Below, piece by piece: positions 26,867-40,124 of a DNA stretch of 64,000 bases. Below the pieces are notes generated by a model, which saw only the letters and a program-made list of their open reading frames with translations, was not told the DNA's origin and searched no databases. The position numbers and the translations under genes are program-made. Within the stretch, counting starts at the first letter, position 1. Every line of letters starts with the position of its first letter. Origin of the DNA: Phoronis australis (lineage: Eukaryota > Animalia > Phoronida); assembly GCA_002633005.1 (NCBI GenBank), contig NMRA01000160.1:502277-566276 (forward strand), written 5' to 3'.

Positions 26867-27691
26867 TTACCAAGAAGTCATATCGTATGCTTGATGGTTC
26901 AGTCTAGTCTCGTATATTGGCGCGTTTTTGCTAATGTTGTACATGTGTTGCGCCGTCTGTTCTTGTGCGCTGTGCGTGGGCCCAAGACCACCTGCTGCAG
27001 AATTAAAGTACGCCGAGTATGGATAGCCAAGACTAGTGGTTGGAGTCATTGGCACGTATCCTATGTTATATCGGTAACTTATGGGCATCTGACTGACGTT
27101 CACCTCGGAACGCTGACTGTTGCGCTTGGCACGTCTTCTGGCGTGCCTCCGACGAAAGTCCCCTTTTATGAAGTCCTCGATACAAGCAGGGTGAATGGAC
27201 CAGTAGTGACCTTTGCCGTTGTCGGCACGACCGCATTTAATGAAGCACTCGTTCAGAGACAGGTTATGACGGATACTGTTTCTCCAGGCTTTTTCGTTGT
27301 TGTTATAGTACGGGAAATTGTCCATTATGTACTGGTATATGTCATTTAGAAGCATCTTTCTTTCTTTTGAATTGAGGATTGCCATGGATATCAAAGCAAT
27401 GTATGAATGAAACGGTTTCTCTACCCCATGTTTGCCGTCACCGGTGCCATCTAACGTCTCTGGAGGCGCAACTAGACTCTTCTCCAAACCCAGTAAAAGG
27501 CTGTTCACATCGCGATGGCCGCTCCTGTCTTCCCTTGTACATTGGTCCGACATTCCTCTTGGAGACACTGGTTGCGGTTTTGGTAAGTGTTGAAACTTGA
27601 GGCCACCGAAAGAGGGTGGTAGACACACCTGTCTGTGGTAGTTGGACGACATGTCATCCTGTCCACGTCCCATGCTATGTTGCGCTGTCAT
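26867..27691 (-). CDS. FoxQ2: Forkhead box transcription factor, FoxQ2 class (274 aa)
   Basis: Complete forkhead domain KPFHSYIALISMAIL...WRNSIRHNLSLNECFIKCGRADNGKGHYWSIHPACIEDFIKGDFRRR. The GR.xNGKG.yW.IHPA..DF..GDFRRR wing region is characteristic of FoxQ2. Confidence 0.9.
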   Translation of the reverse strand: MTAQHSMGRGQDDMSSNYHRQVCLPPSFGGLKFQHLPKPQPVSPRGMSDQCTREDRSGHRDVNSLLLGLEKSLVAPPETLDGTGDGKHGVEKPFHSYIALISMAILNSKERKMLLNDIYQYIMDNFPYYNNNEKAWRNSIRHNLSLNECFIKCGRADNGKGHYWSIHPACIEDFIKGDFRRRHARRRAKRNSQRSEVNVSQMPISYRYNIGYVPMTPTTSLGYPYSAYFNSAAGGLGPTHSAQEQTAQHMYNISKNAPIYETRLNHQAYDMTSW

Positions 27692-30600
27692 TGCTTCGAA
27701 ACAAAGCGGATCAATCTTTAGCCAACTGGTTTATTTCTACGTCCACTGTTTATGATTCGTAATAATGAAGTGACGTTGATGCAGCCGCATTTCGTTTTAT
27801 CTCTGGATCTGTTACCAGTTCTCGCTTATGATTGGCTCATTTCACGCTACCGTGCGCATTAGCTTAGTGGGTGTCGTGAGCGAGCACGATTAGCAATCGT
27901 GAAGTATTATACAAGACTTGGCCGTCGATTACTGAAGTTGACACCCTTTATTTTGCTGAATGAGCATACTCGTTTTATAGGGCGCCACCACGGGTAGCTA
28001 ATTGCAACTGCTCTATCTTATCGCTAGCATTACGTTGCAACAATACGAGCTTGCGTCACACTTTACTCTGTTTACATTCTATGAACAAAACTGTTCATTT
28101 GTGTATGTGTGATTTTCACTAATATTGGGTATTTAAAATATTCTAATATTATACTTCTTAAAGATGTGAATATAAAACGGGTTAAGGGTAACTTTAAACC
28201 AATTGTAAAATATATCTGAGTAACAAAATCACAACTTCCTTCACTATATGCTACTGAAATATTTCAAATGAGAAATTTTTGTTTCCATTTTAATCTATAA
28301 TTTTAAAGCATTTCTTTTCTATTTTGTTGTGGATGCGTGAGCAGGTTCTAAAGTTAGTTCTAAGGTCACGACCCGGGGTCCTTTTGAGGGTGCCAATATT
28401 CAGCTATTCTGATAAGCACTCTCTTTTGGACATGGATTCAATCTTCCTCAGAGGAGCTAAGTGAAAAATTTATCTTAAAAGAAAAAAATCGCTTTTTTTA
28501 CATGTAAGTATCAGAATATTCATCTACGTAAACCGTCTAAATATATGCTCACAAGATACATATCGGTAATATCGTAAAAAGTAGCCCTGTGCGTAGTAAT
28601 TGTCGCCTGTATGTAAGTATGTTTGCTTGTTTGTATGCTTGTCTGTTTTCTTACTTGCTTGTTCTATTTGTTCGTTAGGTGGAAGACTGTAAGTGGAACT
28701 TTGTTCGCCTCAGTTTGTTGTTACGTGCGAAGACGAGGAATAACGTGAAATGCAATATTGTTTTATATATAAATTGGTCATCGACCCACATTACAAATAT
28801 ATAACAAAAGGGAGAGCACAGGATACCTAAACCAATACTAATTTATATCAAGAAAATGATTTCAACTTTTCTCAGCACTAACTAAATATTTTTAATTTTT
28901 GTTTTTCATGTTATTTATGTCTTGGGTCTGCATCCACTCTATAGCATCTAAGTAAAAACGGAATACTATTTACATTCGAGAAGACAGTGTATTTCTGATT
29001 TCACGTTTCCACTACTGCAGCAGGGTATGTTCTCTCTTCTCTAACAAGAACAATAAACCATATCTTAACTATCATTGGTATATAAACTCCGTAACGATAC
29101 GTGAATCGCTATACATTGACGTAACCGGCTGTAACCGATTTATTCTTAAATGACTTGTCTCCGTTTTGATTGAGGCGGTTTGTCTTTCGCTCTTGGGTTT
29201 GAAAGATCACACTGCGTGATCACGTCAAACTTATAAATTATTCAACAGTAGATACACATAGATGTATAAATAATTATAGATGACCTCGCTGTCCAAAGTC
29301 AAATTTTTGCTTACTCCTCTTACAAAATTAGAACAAATCCTAAGTGTTTTGTAGAACAGTGCGTAAGGCAAAGCACCTGACAGTTTAATATGAATCGGAT
29401 CACCATTTCTGAGATATAATGTTCCGATGTTGGACATTTTTCTAGGGTTCTACATAACCTTACACAACCTATACATGTACATTTTTCAGTTACCCGCACT
29501 TGGTGGCATACAACGTTTTGCAAATTGATTTGACTTTCATTAAAAGTGTTTCCACGGCATAGCTTAATACTAAATGGGACGGCTCCCACTGCCTGCCTCA
29601 CGCCAAGGTCTCATTCTAAGCTTTTCGTCAATGGGGGAGCCGATGCCTCGCGCGGATTTGTGTAAATGCTCATTCATTGGAATCAATTGCTGGTGGGGTA
29701 TGACACGGCTCATTACCTTGCACAGCGCATGCTCATTACCGACTGTTGTAATAGTCACCATATATTTATTGGTCGTGTGAATTCAGAACCTGTCAATCTA
29801 CAATGCCCTTCCGCTGTATTGTATTGTTACCAGCTCAATGCCCGTGATTACGACCTCTAATTATGTAATATTGACATTGTTGTCATTCGAGGTAATTTGC
29901 GCCCTATTCGTGTCGTCCAGTTGACGCGATTCAGGTATATCGTGATGTCAACAGATAGCGATCATTGGGTGAATCGACTTTTGGAATGATTTGCTTAGCG
30001 ATCTTCAAACGTTTTCCCATAATCTCAAGCAAATACTGTGTTGGGGAAGGAACGAATGTGCAAACTCAATTTAACGAGAGTTTCTTCGACCATGGCCTCG
30101 AAGAACTCCGTGAACTACAGGAGCTGTCACGTGACGGTTTCCGCTGAAAAGCGCGAACTGTTTGTTAATAACAGGATGTGTGTCGCCAAACTCGCACGGT
30201 TTGACGCGTTAACTATGAGAACACCAAATTTTTAATTGACTTCCAACTTACGTTCCCAAGCTATGCCTGTGTACCAGGAAGTCAATGAAAGATAGGCAGC
30301 TTTTCAGCGAGGATCGTCTGGTAGCCAAGAGGGGACAATAAGTTAATGAACAAAGAACACGAAAAATATAAAATGCAAAGGATGATACATGAAAATAGGC
30401 AAATATGAAGTATGAAACATAATGAACCAAAAATTAAAAGAGAGTTTTATTGTTTTAAAGTCTATACGCGCCGGTTTTGGGAGTGGTCGATGTGGAAGCG
30501 ATGAAAGCATCAAAACCACCTAAAATTGGGATTTTATCAACAGTGTTGCTATTTTTCTTTGATTTTGCCTGGCCGCGAATGACTGTCCGTCCGGTCTCTG

Positions 30601-32083
30601 CCCTCCACCTAGCTGGTCATGATTTATTTCTGTTACTGGAGAAAGGAACACGGTTAATTGGTTGAATTATTTTTTAATTTCAAGGAAAAACATTTCATTT
30701 TCGTGAAATATTTAGAATAAGTATGTAGTATGATGTATTATATTTTAAGATAATTATATTTTTAATATTTAATAATATTATTCTACCATGGTATAATATT
30801 TCCTCGCATATTTTGAGAATGTTCAAAGCCATTTTTTGAGGAATAAAACCATCTTTTGGAATATCACCGTGACTTAATTCTAAAACTAGACTTTTTTGTG
30901 GTGTAGATTCAGTTTCGTTGCATTTATTCTGTCATTTTTTTCTGTTAATCTCAGTTTCTGTGAAAGGGGAAAAGCATATTAGCAGTCCTCAGATGGCCTG
31001 TAGCCACCACACAGACGCACATTTAGAGGTGATGCACATTATTTTTTTCAGTGACATCTATACACCATTGTTAAGCTTAATAAGCTTACGCTTTGTTTAA
31101 CTTCGGAGATTCTCACGCATTTTCTCCCAACCATTCATTTTGCAGGTTCTGATTCCAGTTTCCCAGATCACCCTAGACCATTGTTACTTTGCTGTACTTT
31201 GAAATACTGTACTTGACGTTTTCTTGCTCTGCAATAATGTGGAGATCCCGAGATCGATTGACCACTAGGGACGCTGACGAATTGGATTTTGAAATTTCAG
31301 AGGCAAGAGTTCATTTCTCTTAACAACAGATTTTTTCCGAAATATCCTTCGTTATGGAAACATTGAATAACGCTACTCATTCTTAGCTGTTGTAAGCCAA
31401 CATAGTATTGACTAAATTTATTTTGACTCGATTTATATGGGCGGATCTCAGACTTTTTGATGGTGTCAGTAAGTGCATGCTGTTCACTTAAAAGTGTTGA
31501 ACAATACCGTTCGACCTTCTGCGGTGTTTTGGGGAGATTTTTTTTTTTTTTGATAAAAATATTCCAGTGTGGTCTGCTCTTAGGAGGTATGACTCCCTCC
31601 TAAGAGCAGTATGGTATGACTTGCAAATATTATTTGCAAGATGACCTGATAAGTCTCCACTATTGGCCAGAATGAATTGTAATTGTTCATTTCGTTTACA
31701 GCATATAGATTCATGATCAAAGTCCATATTATACACTTGTCACATTTATTGTAATCCTGACATTCACGATAATGCATGCAGAAAATAGAACATGGTAGGC
31801 TGACATGGACCCTCAACTCTGACATTCTCAATGGACGAAATTTGTGAACGAACTCACAAGGTGCAACATCCCTATTCACTAACGGCGCCTGATGTGATCT
31901 CCGGTCTTACTTCCGACGAGTATGTCGTCTGCTCACGATAGATGTTTTTGTGTGGCCAGTTATTTCATTGGGTTGCTAAGTAATGGTCATAGAAAGAAAA
32001 CACTGTTTAACGGGCGTTATCAGCATTCGCCCGGCAAGTGATTTGCGGTACGTTCCTTTCAACCACCGCTGCCGACCAAGGCA

Positions 32084-32146
32084 GAATGCACGGGACGTTT
32101 TAGCCGGAATGCACGGGACGCTTTAGGCGGAATGCACGGGACGCTT
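32084..32146. repeat. Minisatellite, 3 x 23 bp
   Basis: gaatgcacgggacg at 32084, 32107 and 32130. Confidence 0.9.
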
Positions 32147-32358
32147 AACTTTCTGTATTGTGGTCTTCGACGGAATTCGCGTTACAACAAACGGATTAGG
32201 ATTCCTTTCTCGAATAACATCATTTTAATTATTGTGCAAAACGGCACGAGTTGTTGTTGTCGATTGAAAGAAAGCAAATTGGTGGCAAAGGCGTTCAGCA
32301 AATGTTTTGATTTGCAACTTACAGTTGCTGGACCACGGCCCGTATTAGGGCTAATCTC

Positions 32359-32513
32359 CAGTGGCGGATTTAGAGGGGGGCCGTGCCCCCCCCCCCCTAA
32401 AACTCTCCCAGATTCAATTTGGCAATTGGGGTGTGCGAATGTCTGACGAGCAAAATCCTGGCTAATACTCTGCCCTGCCCACCCCTTAACTTAAAATCCT
32501 GGATCCGCCCCTG
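32359..32513 (+). mobile_element. MITE family A copy with 5-bp TSD ATCTC
   Basis: cagtggcggat...atccgcccctg, flanked by atctc at 32354-32358 and 32514-32518. Confidence 0.85.
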
Positions 32514-33309
32514 ATCTCTGTCCGCCAGTCATGACTGGCAGAGTATCTAACTTGGTCGCAGCGCGACCACGCGAATTAATTTCTGAATGTACCACGCCGT
32601 GGCTCACGCAGGTGAGTTTATAGTCCAAGTTCAGTCGTACTTGATGACCCTTAGATTTGAGGTATAAACTCGAGTAATTATCCATATAAAAACTAGAGCT
32701 TTTGATTACATAGTCATTGCTTACGTACCTTTCAGTGTACAGCTTTTCAACAACAAAAAACACGAAATATTGGCTGAAAAAATGATGCGTGCGAGCGTTT
32801 AGTTGGTGAGGGCATATCTCAAAATGAGTGGTACTATAGACCAGAACGAACTTCGCGTTTTGGCTTCACAGAGCAAAACTGCGGAAGAATGTATCTATAC
32901 GCCTGTTTGCTCACAAGTTCCCTGCAATGGGTCATTTTTCGTGCTCGCTCTCTGACGTCAGGTGTCCTTTTTCTAGCTGCACATGAAAATAACCATTTTG
33001 TTCATATTTTCCATATGTTTGTGCGACGGCTGACGTGTGAGGATCAGTCCAGATTTTCTAAGTGTCACAATTCACAGCGGACGTACAGAGCCGAACACGG
33101 GTCGGTATCCAAGTGTCAAGATTTTAAAAACTGTATCAAGTTGAATGGGATCCTGGGTGAGCACACTGAGGCACACACAGTTCCTTAGTTTTTGCATGCA
33201 CGGCCGGCTTGAAATAAAATTACTTTGCAATCAAATACATACTACAAATCGCCTTCGTTTGTTATGTGAGTGCCAGTGTATAGATTGCAAGTAAGTCTTT
33301 ATTGGTGGT

Positions 33310-33789
33310 TCAGAAGTCACCACAAAAGCTTTGACGCAATTTTGCTGTAATCACTGGAGGTGCGCTCTGGGGCCTTCGCGATGGTCGGTCGTGGCGGTCT
33401 GACCAGGAAGCATTGGTTTTGAAGTTACAGGTTGTTGGACGTGATGACGACTGCTTGGAAAACGTAGCCACTCCTCTTGGTCCTGTTTTTCTCGGTGGTG
33501 ACTTACGTTCATAGTAAAAGGACCGCTTGGGACGGGTTTTGGCGATTTCTTTTTCGTTTTGGATCTCCTCTATTCGCCTGTGTAAACCATGCAAAGATGT
33601 TTGATACTTCTCTTGATGCGATGACACTGACCGTATCCTTTTATCCGTTTTTCTATCCAGCAAATCCAGTTCCTTCGTGAGAGCTATTTGTTCCCGTTTG
33701 TTGGCGTATCGCTGGCCGTTGCTGAATTCACTTTTCTTGATTGGCCGGTGCATTCTCGTCGTAGCGTTATTGCTTGTATTCAGTGACAT
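33310..33789 (-). CDS. Small basic coiled-coil protein (159 aa), CCDC190/DUF4697-like
   Basis: ATG at 33789. Heptad-rich segment NKREQIALTKELDLLDRKTDKRIRSVSSHQEKYQTSLHGL, followed by a disordered basic tail containing RPQSAPP. AATAAA lies just after the stop (33298-33303). The family resemblance is from memory. Confidence 0.6.
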   Translation of the reverse strand: MSLNTSNNATTRMHRPIKKSEFSNGQRYANKREQIALTKELDLLDRKTDKRIRSVSSHQEKYQTSLHGLHRRIEEIQNEKEIAKTRPKRSFYYERKSPPRKTGPRGVATFSKQSSSRPTTCNFKTNASWSDRHDRPSRRPQSAPPVITAKLRQSFCGDF

Positions 33790-36700
33790 CTGGTGGCTAG
33801 GCGTGTTTTGACATTTGCTATATGTCCGTGTCCTCCAAATTAAAACTCTCAATTCTTGATCTCACTGAGTAGAAATGGCTTGTAAGCTAAAAATGTAAGA
33901 AATGAGAACGATTTCTCAATGTACGTAACGTCACCTTGTGAAGAATCTAGATGATTCTGTCACACCAAATTAGTTCCACGTATTTTCAGCGAAGCGCATC
34001 AATAAAATGCGACGTGATGGAAACAGTCAAGCCTGTAAAGAACAAAAATGTACGATGTTACGTAGCACTCTGTTTTCAGTACGTGTTTCATTGCATATCG
34101 TCTTGTAGCTGCTTACGCCGATACCGCTTACAGTGCTAAAATGTCGTGGTTCATATCGCTTTTTGCACAAAGCACTTCTTGTATTTTCTCAAATATAAAA
34201 CAAAAAATTCATCCCGAATCGGATGGTATCACCGGTGTATTTGCGTTTGTGAAGTTCGCCCGTCACTTTCTGATGCACCATCAGAAATTCAGATATAATG
34301 CCTCGAAAAATTTAACGCATTATTCCTAGAATATCAATCGGGATTTTCCTGAAGTGCGAAAGAGTGTCGCTTTTAAAATGCTAAAAACGTTTAGTTGGTT
34401 CTAGTCTAGTCCGTGTTGGTGCAATATTTTTTGTTTGTTACATCTTCCATTAACAAAAAACTATCTTTAGTACTGGTGGTGTCGGCCGAGTGTGGGGTGC
34501 CGACGCTTATTCTTCTGAGGCAGCGCGGGCTAAAGCCTATTGGTCAGATGACTGTGCAATCGTTGGCATACCACGTCGTTTATAAATGCTGTGTAGGGTT
34601 CGAAAAGTAAATAAGGACTTTTCTTTAACGCTGGTGGCTTTCCTAAGCAGTAAGCTCCCAGGTTTGAAAATATTTTTGCCGAAGATGCTCTTCTTAACTT
34701 AAACACTAGTAAAAACTATGCTCATGTCAATTCAAGCGCGCTAATGTTTTAAGACCGGTAGCTGACTGATTCAGCACCTTACTATTTTCACAGAGAACTG
34801 ACAAGAATTTCCGTCATGGATCTTGGAAATAATAGCTTGAGAAGACATGGAATTGAACCCACCAGACCACTGGTCACGGTACCAAATAACAATAATACTT
34901 GTAAGATAACTATTTCTGTCTCCAAATTGTTTGATATTATGGAACATTTGTATTCTTCAAACATGGAGTTTAGCTATCGGTTTTATGTCATAAATACGAT
35001 GACGTTGCTGATTGCCGATCACTTACGGTGAAAGGCCAACGAGTTTCCTCGAGCATGTCGAGAAAGAGGTAGCCCTACAAGATACCCAAGACATTTCCGA
35101 TATTAAAATTGCAAGACAGGAATCAAAACACAACCTGATCCTTACCCGTTTACTCCTTTTGATACACATCTCAGAGCAGCCTTCCTAGCGGAGCTCGTGA
35201 GAGACATCAACTGCAGATCGGTAAGCGCAGCAAAAGAGTATGGTCTGATTAACAGCAGCGCAATTAAGAACTATTCATTGGTAAACTAACATCTCCAATA
35301 CTTGCGTTTGGCCAGTGGCTGTTTTTTGCCCATCACCTGCACTATAGGAAATCGTTTACTGCAAAAAATCGATCGTCAAGCCATACACGAACGATATATG
35401 CTCTCCACACTACGGTGATCATTTATTATTGATGAATTAGTTGATAGGTAATGTTTTGTAAGATTGTCACTTAATTAAATCCACATGCCTTACAGATGTT
35501 TGCCGAGCTTTTGGGAATTGACATCGTTTTTCTATTCAATTAGTCTATTAGGCAATGACGATTTCACATCAAAGTACACTAATTAAATTTCCACTGCACG
35601 TTCCTATCACACATTCTTCTACGTGGTACATCAACCGTTACTCAATTTCCGTATTTTAAAATGGTATAATCGGCGACAAAGCTGAGTATTTGAGATCAAG
35701 AAGGATTCTAACCCACGTCCTCAGCGGTCGCAGTCCGACTTTTTACTAGTACAACTAAAAGCAAAAAAATGCGGCAAGTAACGGTAACCGAGTGTTTTAA
35801 GAGTATTTACCTGTTAAAATCACCGGTCTCAATTTTACCTAATTCTGCCAGATGGCTGGACGCCAACGCTGGGAATCGGCGATTTTTAATAAAATCTCAA
35901 AAATAGATAAGATTTGCTGTTTATACAGCAGTGATCAAATTAGCTGACGACTTCGATAAGTCTGTCCTACTCAAAAATAATCTTCAAATGCGTTTTTCGG
36001 TCCTATATTCGATCGTGTTCCTCAAAATGTCCTTTGCCGAGAAAATTGTACACTGTACGCAGCCCAAAGATAGCCGGAATACGCCGCTAACCATGAATAA
36101 TATTTGTATATTAATAATATTCTGTTTTCTCACGGTGTAATACTTAGACGGGCTGTAGTCACTTTTATAGTAGTTCACAACCAGTGTTATGTAATGATAT
36201 CGGTAGCCAGTTATCTAGAGACGGTTGCTCGGTACAATCTTTAGACTACGCAGGAACGTTACGGCTCCTCGGTCGCGTAAATATTTCCTCCACTAAAAAT
36301 ATTCAACACTTCAAGTAAAGGCTTTTTGACTGCGTGCCAGAAACATTTATGGAACTCCAATTTATTTCATAGAGACGTTAATGTTTTTAAAAATTTTTAG
36401 AACATAAAACATTCACCCTCGGTTAAAAAGTCATCTAGTTGCTCATCACGGGGACATTTCCTTCGCGATAGGTATAAGAGTTGGAGTTTCCATTTGACAC
36501 ATTGTGGATACAATGGAGTAATAAGTACTAATTTCTGATTTATTTCAGCATGGTCTGTTATCAATCGCCCATTTTTTCTCAAGTTCTCTTCTATAATGAA
36601 GCAAAAATTATCTACTTTCCCCGTTCTCAATTAACTGGACCTCGCTTCTCATCATATGCCCACGAACTCTGATCAGTTTTTATCCTTTAGTCTAAACATC

Positions 36701-37756
36701 CTCACAAACTCTACCTTCATCCAATTCTGTTCTGTTAGTAAGTTCTTGGTAAGTTCAGTCAACTTTTCTTCACCATCATTCTCTGATTTCTATTTTTCAT
36801 ACTCGAGTATATTCCCTCAAGTTCATTTTTAAAACTACTTACAAATTTGTATTGTTGTTATTTAAAATATTTACACTCTTTAATACAGGCATTTATAATT
36901 AGTTTTAAGTTTGTTGCATATTTTTTGCCTTCAAAATATTGACGCGTGATCGTCATTCGCAAGCGAACTTTCTTCTCAAGCGTTCTTGATTTCCCTCATG
37001 ACGCATTGATTAAGATCATCTTTTCTGGTTTTTCGCTTAAGACAATGGACAGGCTCCACTGTTCTCACAGTGCACTCCATAAGCATAGGCAGATTTAGGG
37101 GGGGGCCTTGGCTGCCGCAAAAATATAAAACAGCAAGATCGTAAGGAAATGTTGAGTTTATTAATTAACCCCGGTAATTAAAATTATACGGATGAAACAA
37201 GATTTAAATGTGTTCAGTTTTAGTGTTTGGGGGGATCCAATTTCAAGAGTCAAATTCTGAACACGGCGCATTCGTAACGGAACTATGGCTAAGTATAGGC
37301 CCTCCCGCGATATCCCAGGCGACCGGCAAAAGCGCTGCGCACTACGACTCCGTTTCCGTCGTCTGCTCCACTGTGCAATGAAGAACATTTACTTCATTTT
37401 TTAAAGAATTTTAAAAAATGGAACCTGAGTGAGTGACGATGAAAAAACAGAAGCTGCTGGTAAGATGTGAATTTTAATCAAAGCCTTAGTGAATCACTCA
37501 GAAACTCATAATTCTCTCTTTGTCAAACCTCAACTTACGACGATTTCTAAAGCAATCCCGTCATTATTGCCAACACGAAAAACGGATTTGGTCTTTTGGG
37601 GATTTGAAGACTATTTTAAATACAACAAATTGGTTAAGAACCGATTGCATAAAATATAAAATGTATAATAGGCATTACAAAAAGAAGTAGGTTTCGCGCG
37701 CAAACGCTGTGGACCATAAACAAGTAGGTATCTTAGTATATGATGAGTAGTTAAAT

Positions 37757-37830
37757 AGTGGTGTAGTGGTAAAGCACGCACGTTCTATCCGCCATGTCGT
37801 GAGTTCGAGTCTGCGATATGTGCAGTTTTT
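37757..37830 (+). repeat. tRNA-derived SINE-like relic
   Basis: A-box-like tggtgtagtgg and B-box-like gagttcgagtc at Pol III spacing, but no cloverleaf. A similar inverted relic lies at ~35695-35757. Confidence 0.4.
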
Positions 37831-40118
37831 CCTGTTTGACACGTTCTCAGTTTTTTGTTTTTTCTTTGCCTTTTTTTCTTGGATAATACTTCAGGAATCA
37901 AGGAAAATGTTTGATTGTTAGAGAGGAAAAACAGAAAAATTTCCTGGGCGAGAGGGGGCAAACCACCCCTCCCGACCTCCCCCCATTCGGTGCTATGCGC
38001 ATCTACAATCGTGGTTTGTGCAAATGCTTACAGCCGGACAAAATGTTGGCCCCCCCTCCTTGTGATATCCTAGATCCGTCACTGATTAGGTCTAGTTTTG
38101 AAGCAGCACTTCACCCTTTTTTAGCAGTCAATGTTGAATTCTTAACTGAAGTGTTTTGGGTTTTGAAAATATTATCACCTGGCCCTCGTCAGTCAGATCT
38201 TGGAACTATTGCCGACTCGTTATAATAAAGGCCAGATGCGGGATAAGCCTATGAACGGTCACGAACGCACAGCTGCCATAAGTTCACAGCAGTACTGACG
38301 CAACGATTTCCAGCTAGCGTGCCTTCTACCCTCAATGACTACTACCTTCCTGTGTAGGCCTACGTGCAGTGAATGGGCTCCGTTCCGTAGAATCGAAACA
38401 TGATTATCCACTTGCAGCAAGAAAGTTTCGCTATGAAACTAAAATAAGCTGGGAATTCTGTCTCATAATTTGTCCCATGACTCAAAATTCTGTAGAATTC
38501 AACTGAAAGCGCTAATGATTTCTCAATTACTATACTCGTTGACACTCGGCGCCTTACGCTCGCGTGATTTTGCTTGATCCTAGTTCGTGAACCTCGCTGG
38601 TTCCCTGCGTGTCCGGGGGTAGAGGACGCGCAGCCGGGTATCAGAGACCGTAGAGGGACAAACCACGGAGCGAAATTCCATTGGACGGCCACTGACTGTT
38701 GTTTCATGGTCTGTAGAGATGTCTAGCGGGCGTGCGTGCAGGCAAACCAATATGGCAAGATACGACGGCTCCAGTCGGTAAAAACGCAATGGTGCTTTTT
38801 GCGATGCCTGCGGCTACAGCAAAAGCCGGAATTGAAAATTCATGACTGATTGCTTCCCCACTGATCACGATAGATGATGTTCATGATTGAAATAAAGAAT
38901 GTTGATGTCTTTGCAGGTATTCCGCAGCACATGTTTTATAACTGATTGGTATCAGTTGAGCTTGGCAGTCATTGGTTAGCGTTAAGGAAAAAAAATCGCT
39001 GACTGGGAACGGTTTTTAGCCTTGTCAACATCTTTGCGAACCAAGTTTTCTGCCTAATGCAAATATTTCGTTTCTGCAGTAATGTCAGCCGCGTGGCCGA
39101 TTCAACCGGTATGTTATTCATACTGTGTGCATCAATACAGGGCAGCAACGCAAACAAAGTCAGCAACAGTAGAAAAATGCACGCCGAAAAGGCACACTTA
39201 TTTCAATGTTGCGATGTCCATGGTCTGTAGGCGGTGCACCACACTGGGGGCTATAGCACCCTTTTTTCAGTGCTGCGCCGCCCACGTCGATAGGGTTAAA
39301 CAGGACTCTAGTGTCTGCATAAGGATAGGCAGCGTTCACATGTTACGTCATCCAAAATTTGCCTCTTTTACACCCGTTCTTTCCCTGTTCACAAAATTAC
39401 CCCTTTGATCAACGTCGAATTACGTCATCACAGCCACCCCCCTTGTTTAGGCAGTCACGTAGTGGGTCTGTAGTTTTCGTACATCGTGTTTACTAAGGCA
39501 AGCCTAGTGAAATGTGATCAAATTTTGGAAATGGCACGGGTCCCCGTTTTGGAACTAGAAATTTCCCTGGGCGAACCAGGTTCCCGACGATATGTACTGT
39601 GATGCAGATATTCTAATAAACTAGGAGTCCAATCCCCTAACCCTTCGTCGGCTTTTCGAAACCCCGTCTTCCCCTCGAGCGACGACGTAATAGGTGAACA
39701 CTGAATTACATACGTCACACATGAGAGAAAAGCGGCATATTTATATTTTGAATCTCCAGAAACACTACTAGGCCTATCTGAAAGGAGATCTGTGTAACAG
39801 TGCCTTGAGTAACGAGGACCGAAAAAAAAAAACGCGTACCACTTTGCCCATAGGGTCACAACCATCTCCAATACAAAATCTTCAGTATATGTGTGCAACA
39901 CGAAACTGAAAACCCCCATCAAGTCCAGCACATACTCTCAAGTTGACATCCCACAGCTTTCCACAGATGAAAGAAACTTGCGAACACCCAAGTCTCCCGG
40001 AGACATTTGGGATTGCATTGGAAGCAAAGCACGTGACCACACTAGCTTTACTCGCCAGTGTCCTGCATCGAGGGGAGGCAAATTAAGTGAAAAGAAAGGT
40101 TGAGGTGTACAGTAAAGG

Positions 40119-40124
40119 TTTATT
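40119..40124 (-). terminator. Candidate distal polyadenylation signal of tropomyosin
   Basis: AATAAA on the - strand ~1.07 kb downstream of the exon 9c stop codon. Confidence 0.4.

Noticed and set aside
26891-27349. 152-aa + strand ORF
   Set aside because: Antisense shadow of the FoxQ2 coding sequence; no recognisable protein features.
32084-32146. 3 x 23-bp repeat as a CRISPR-like array
   Set aside because: No unique spacers, eukaryotic context; an ordinary minisatellite.
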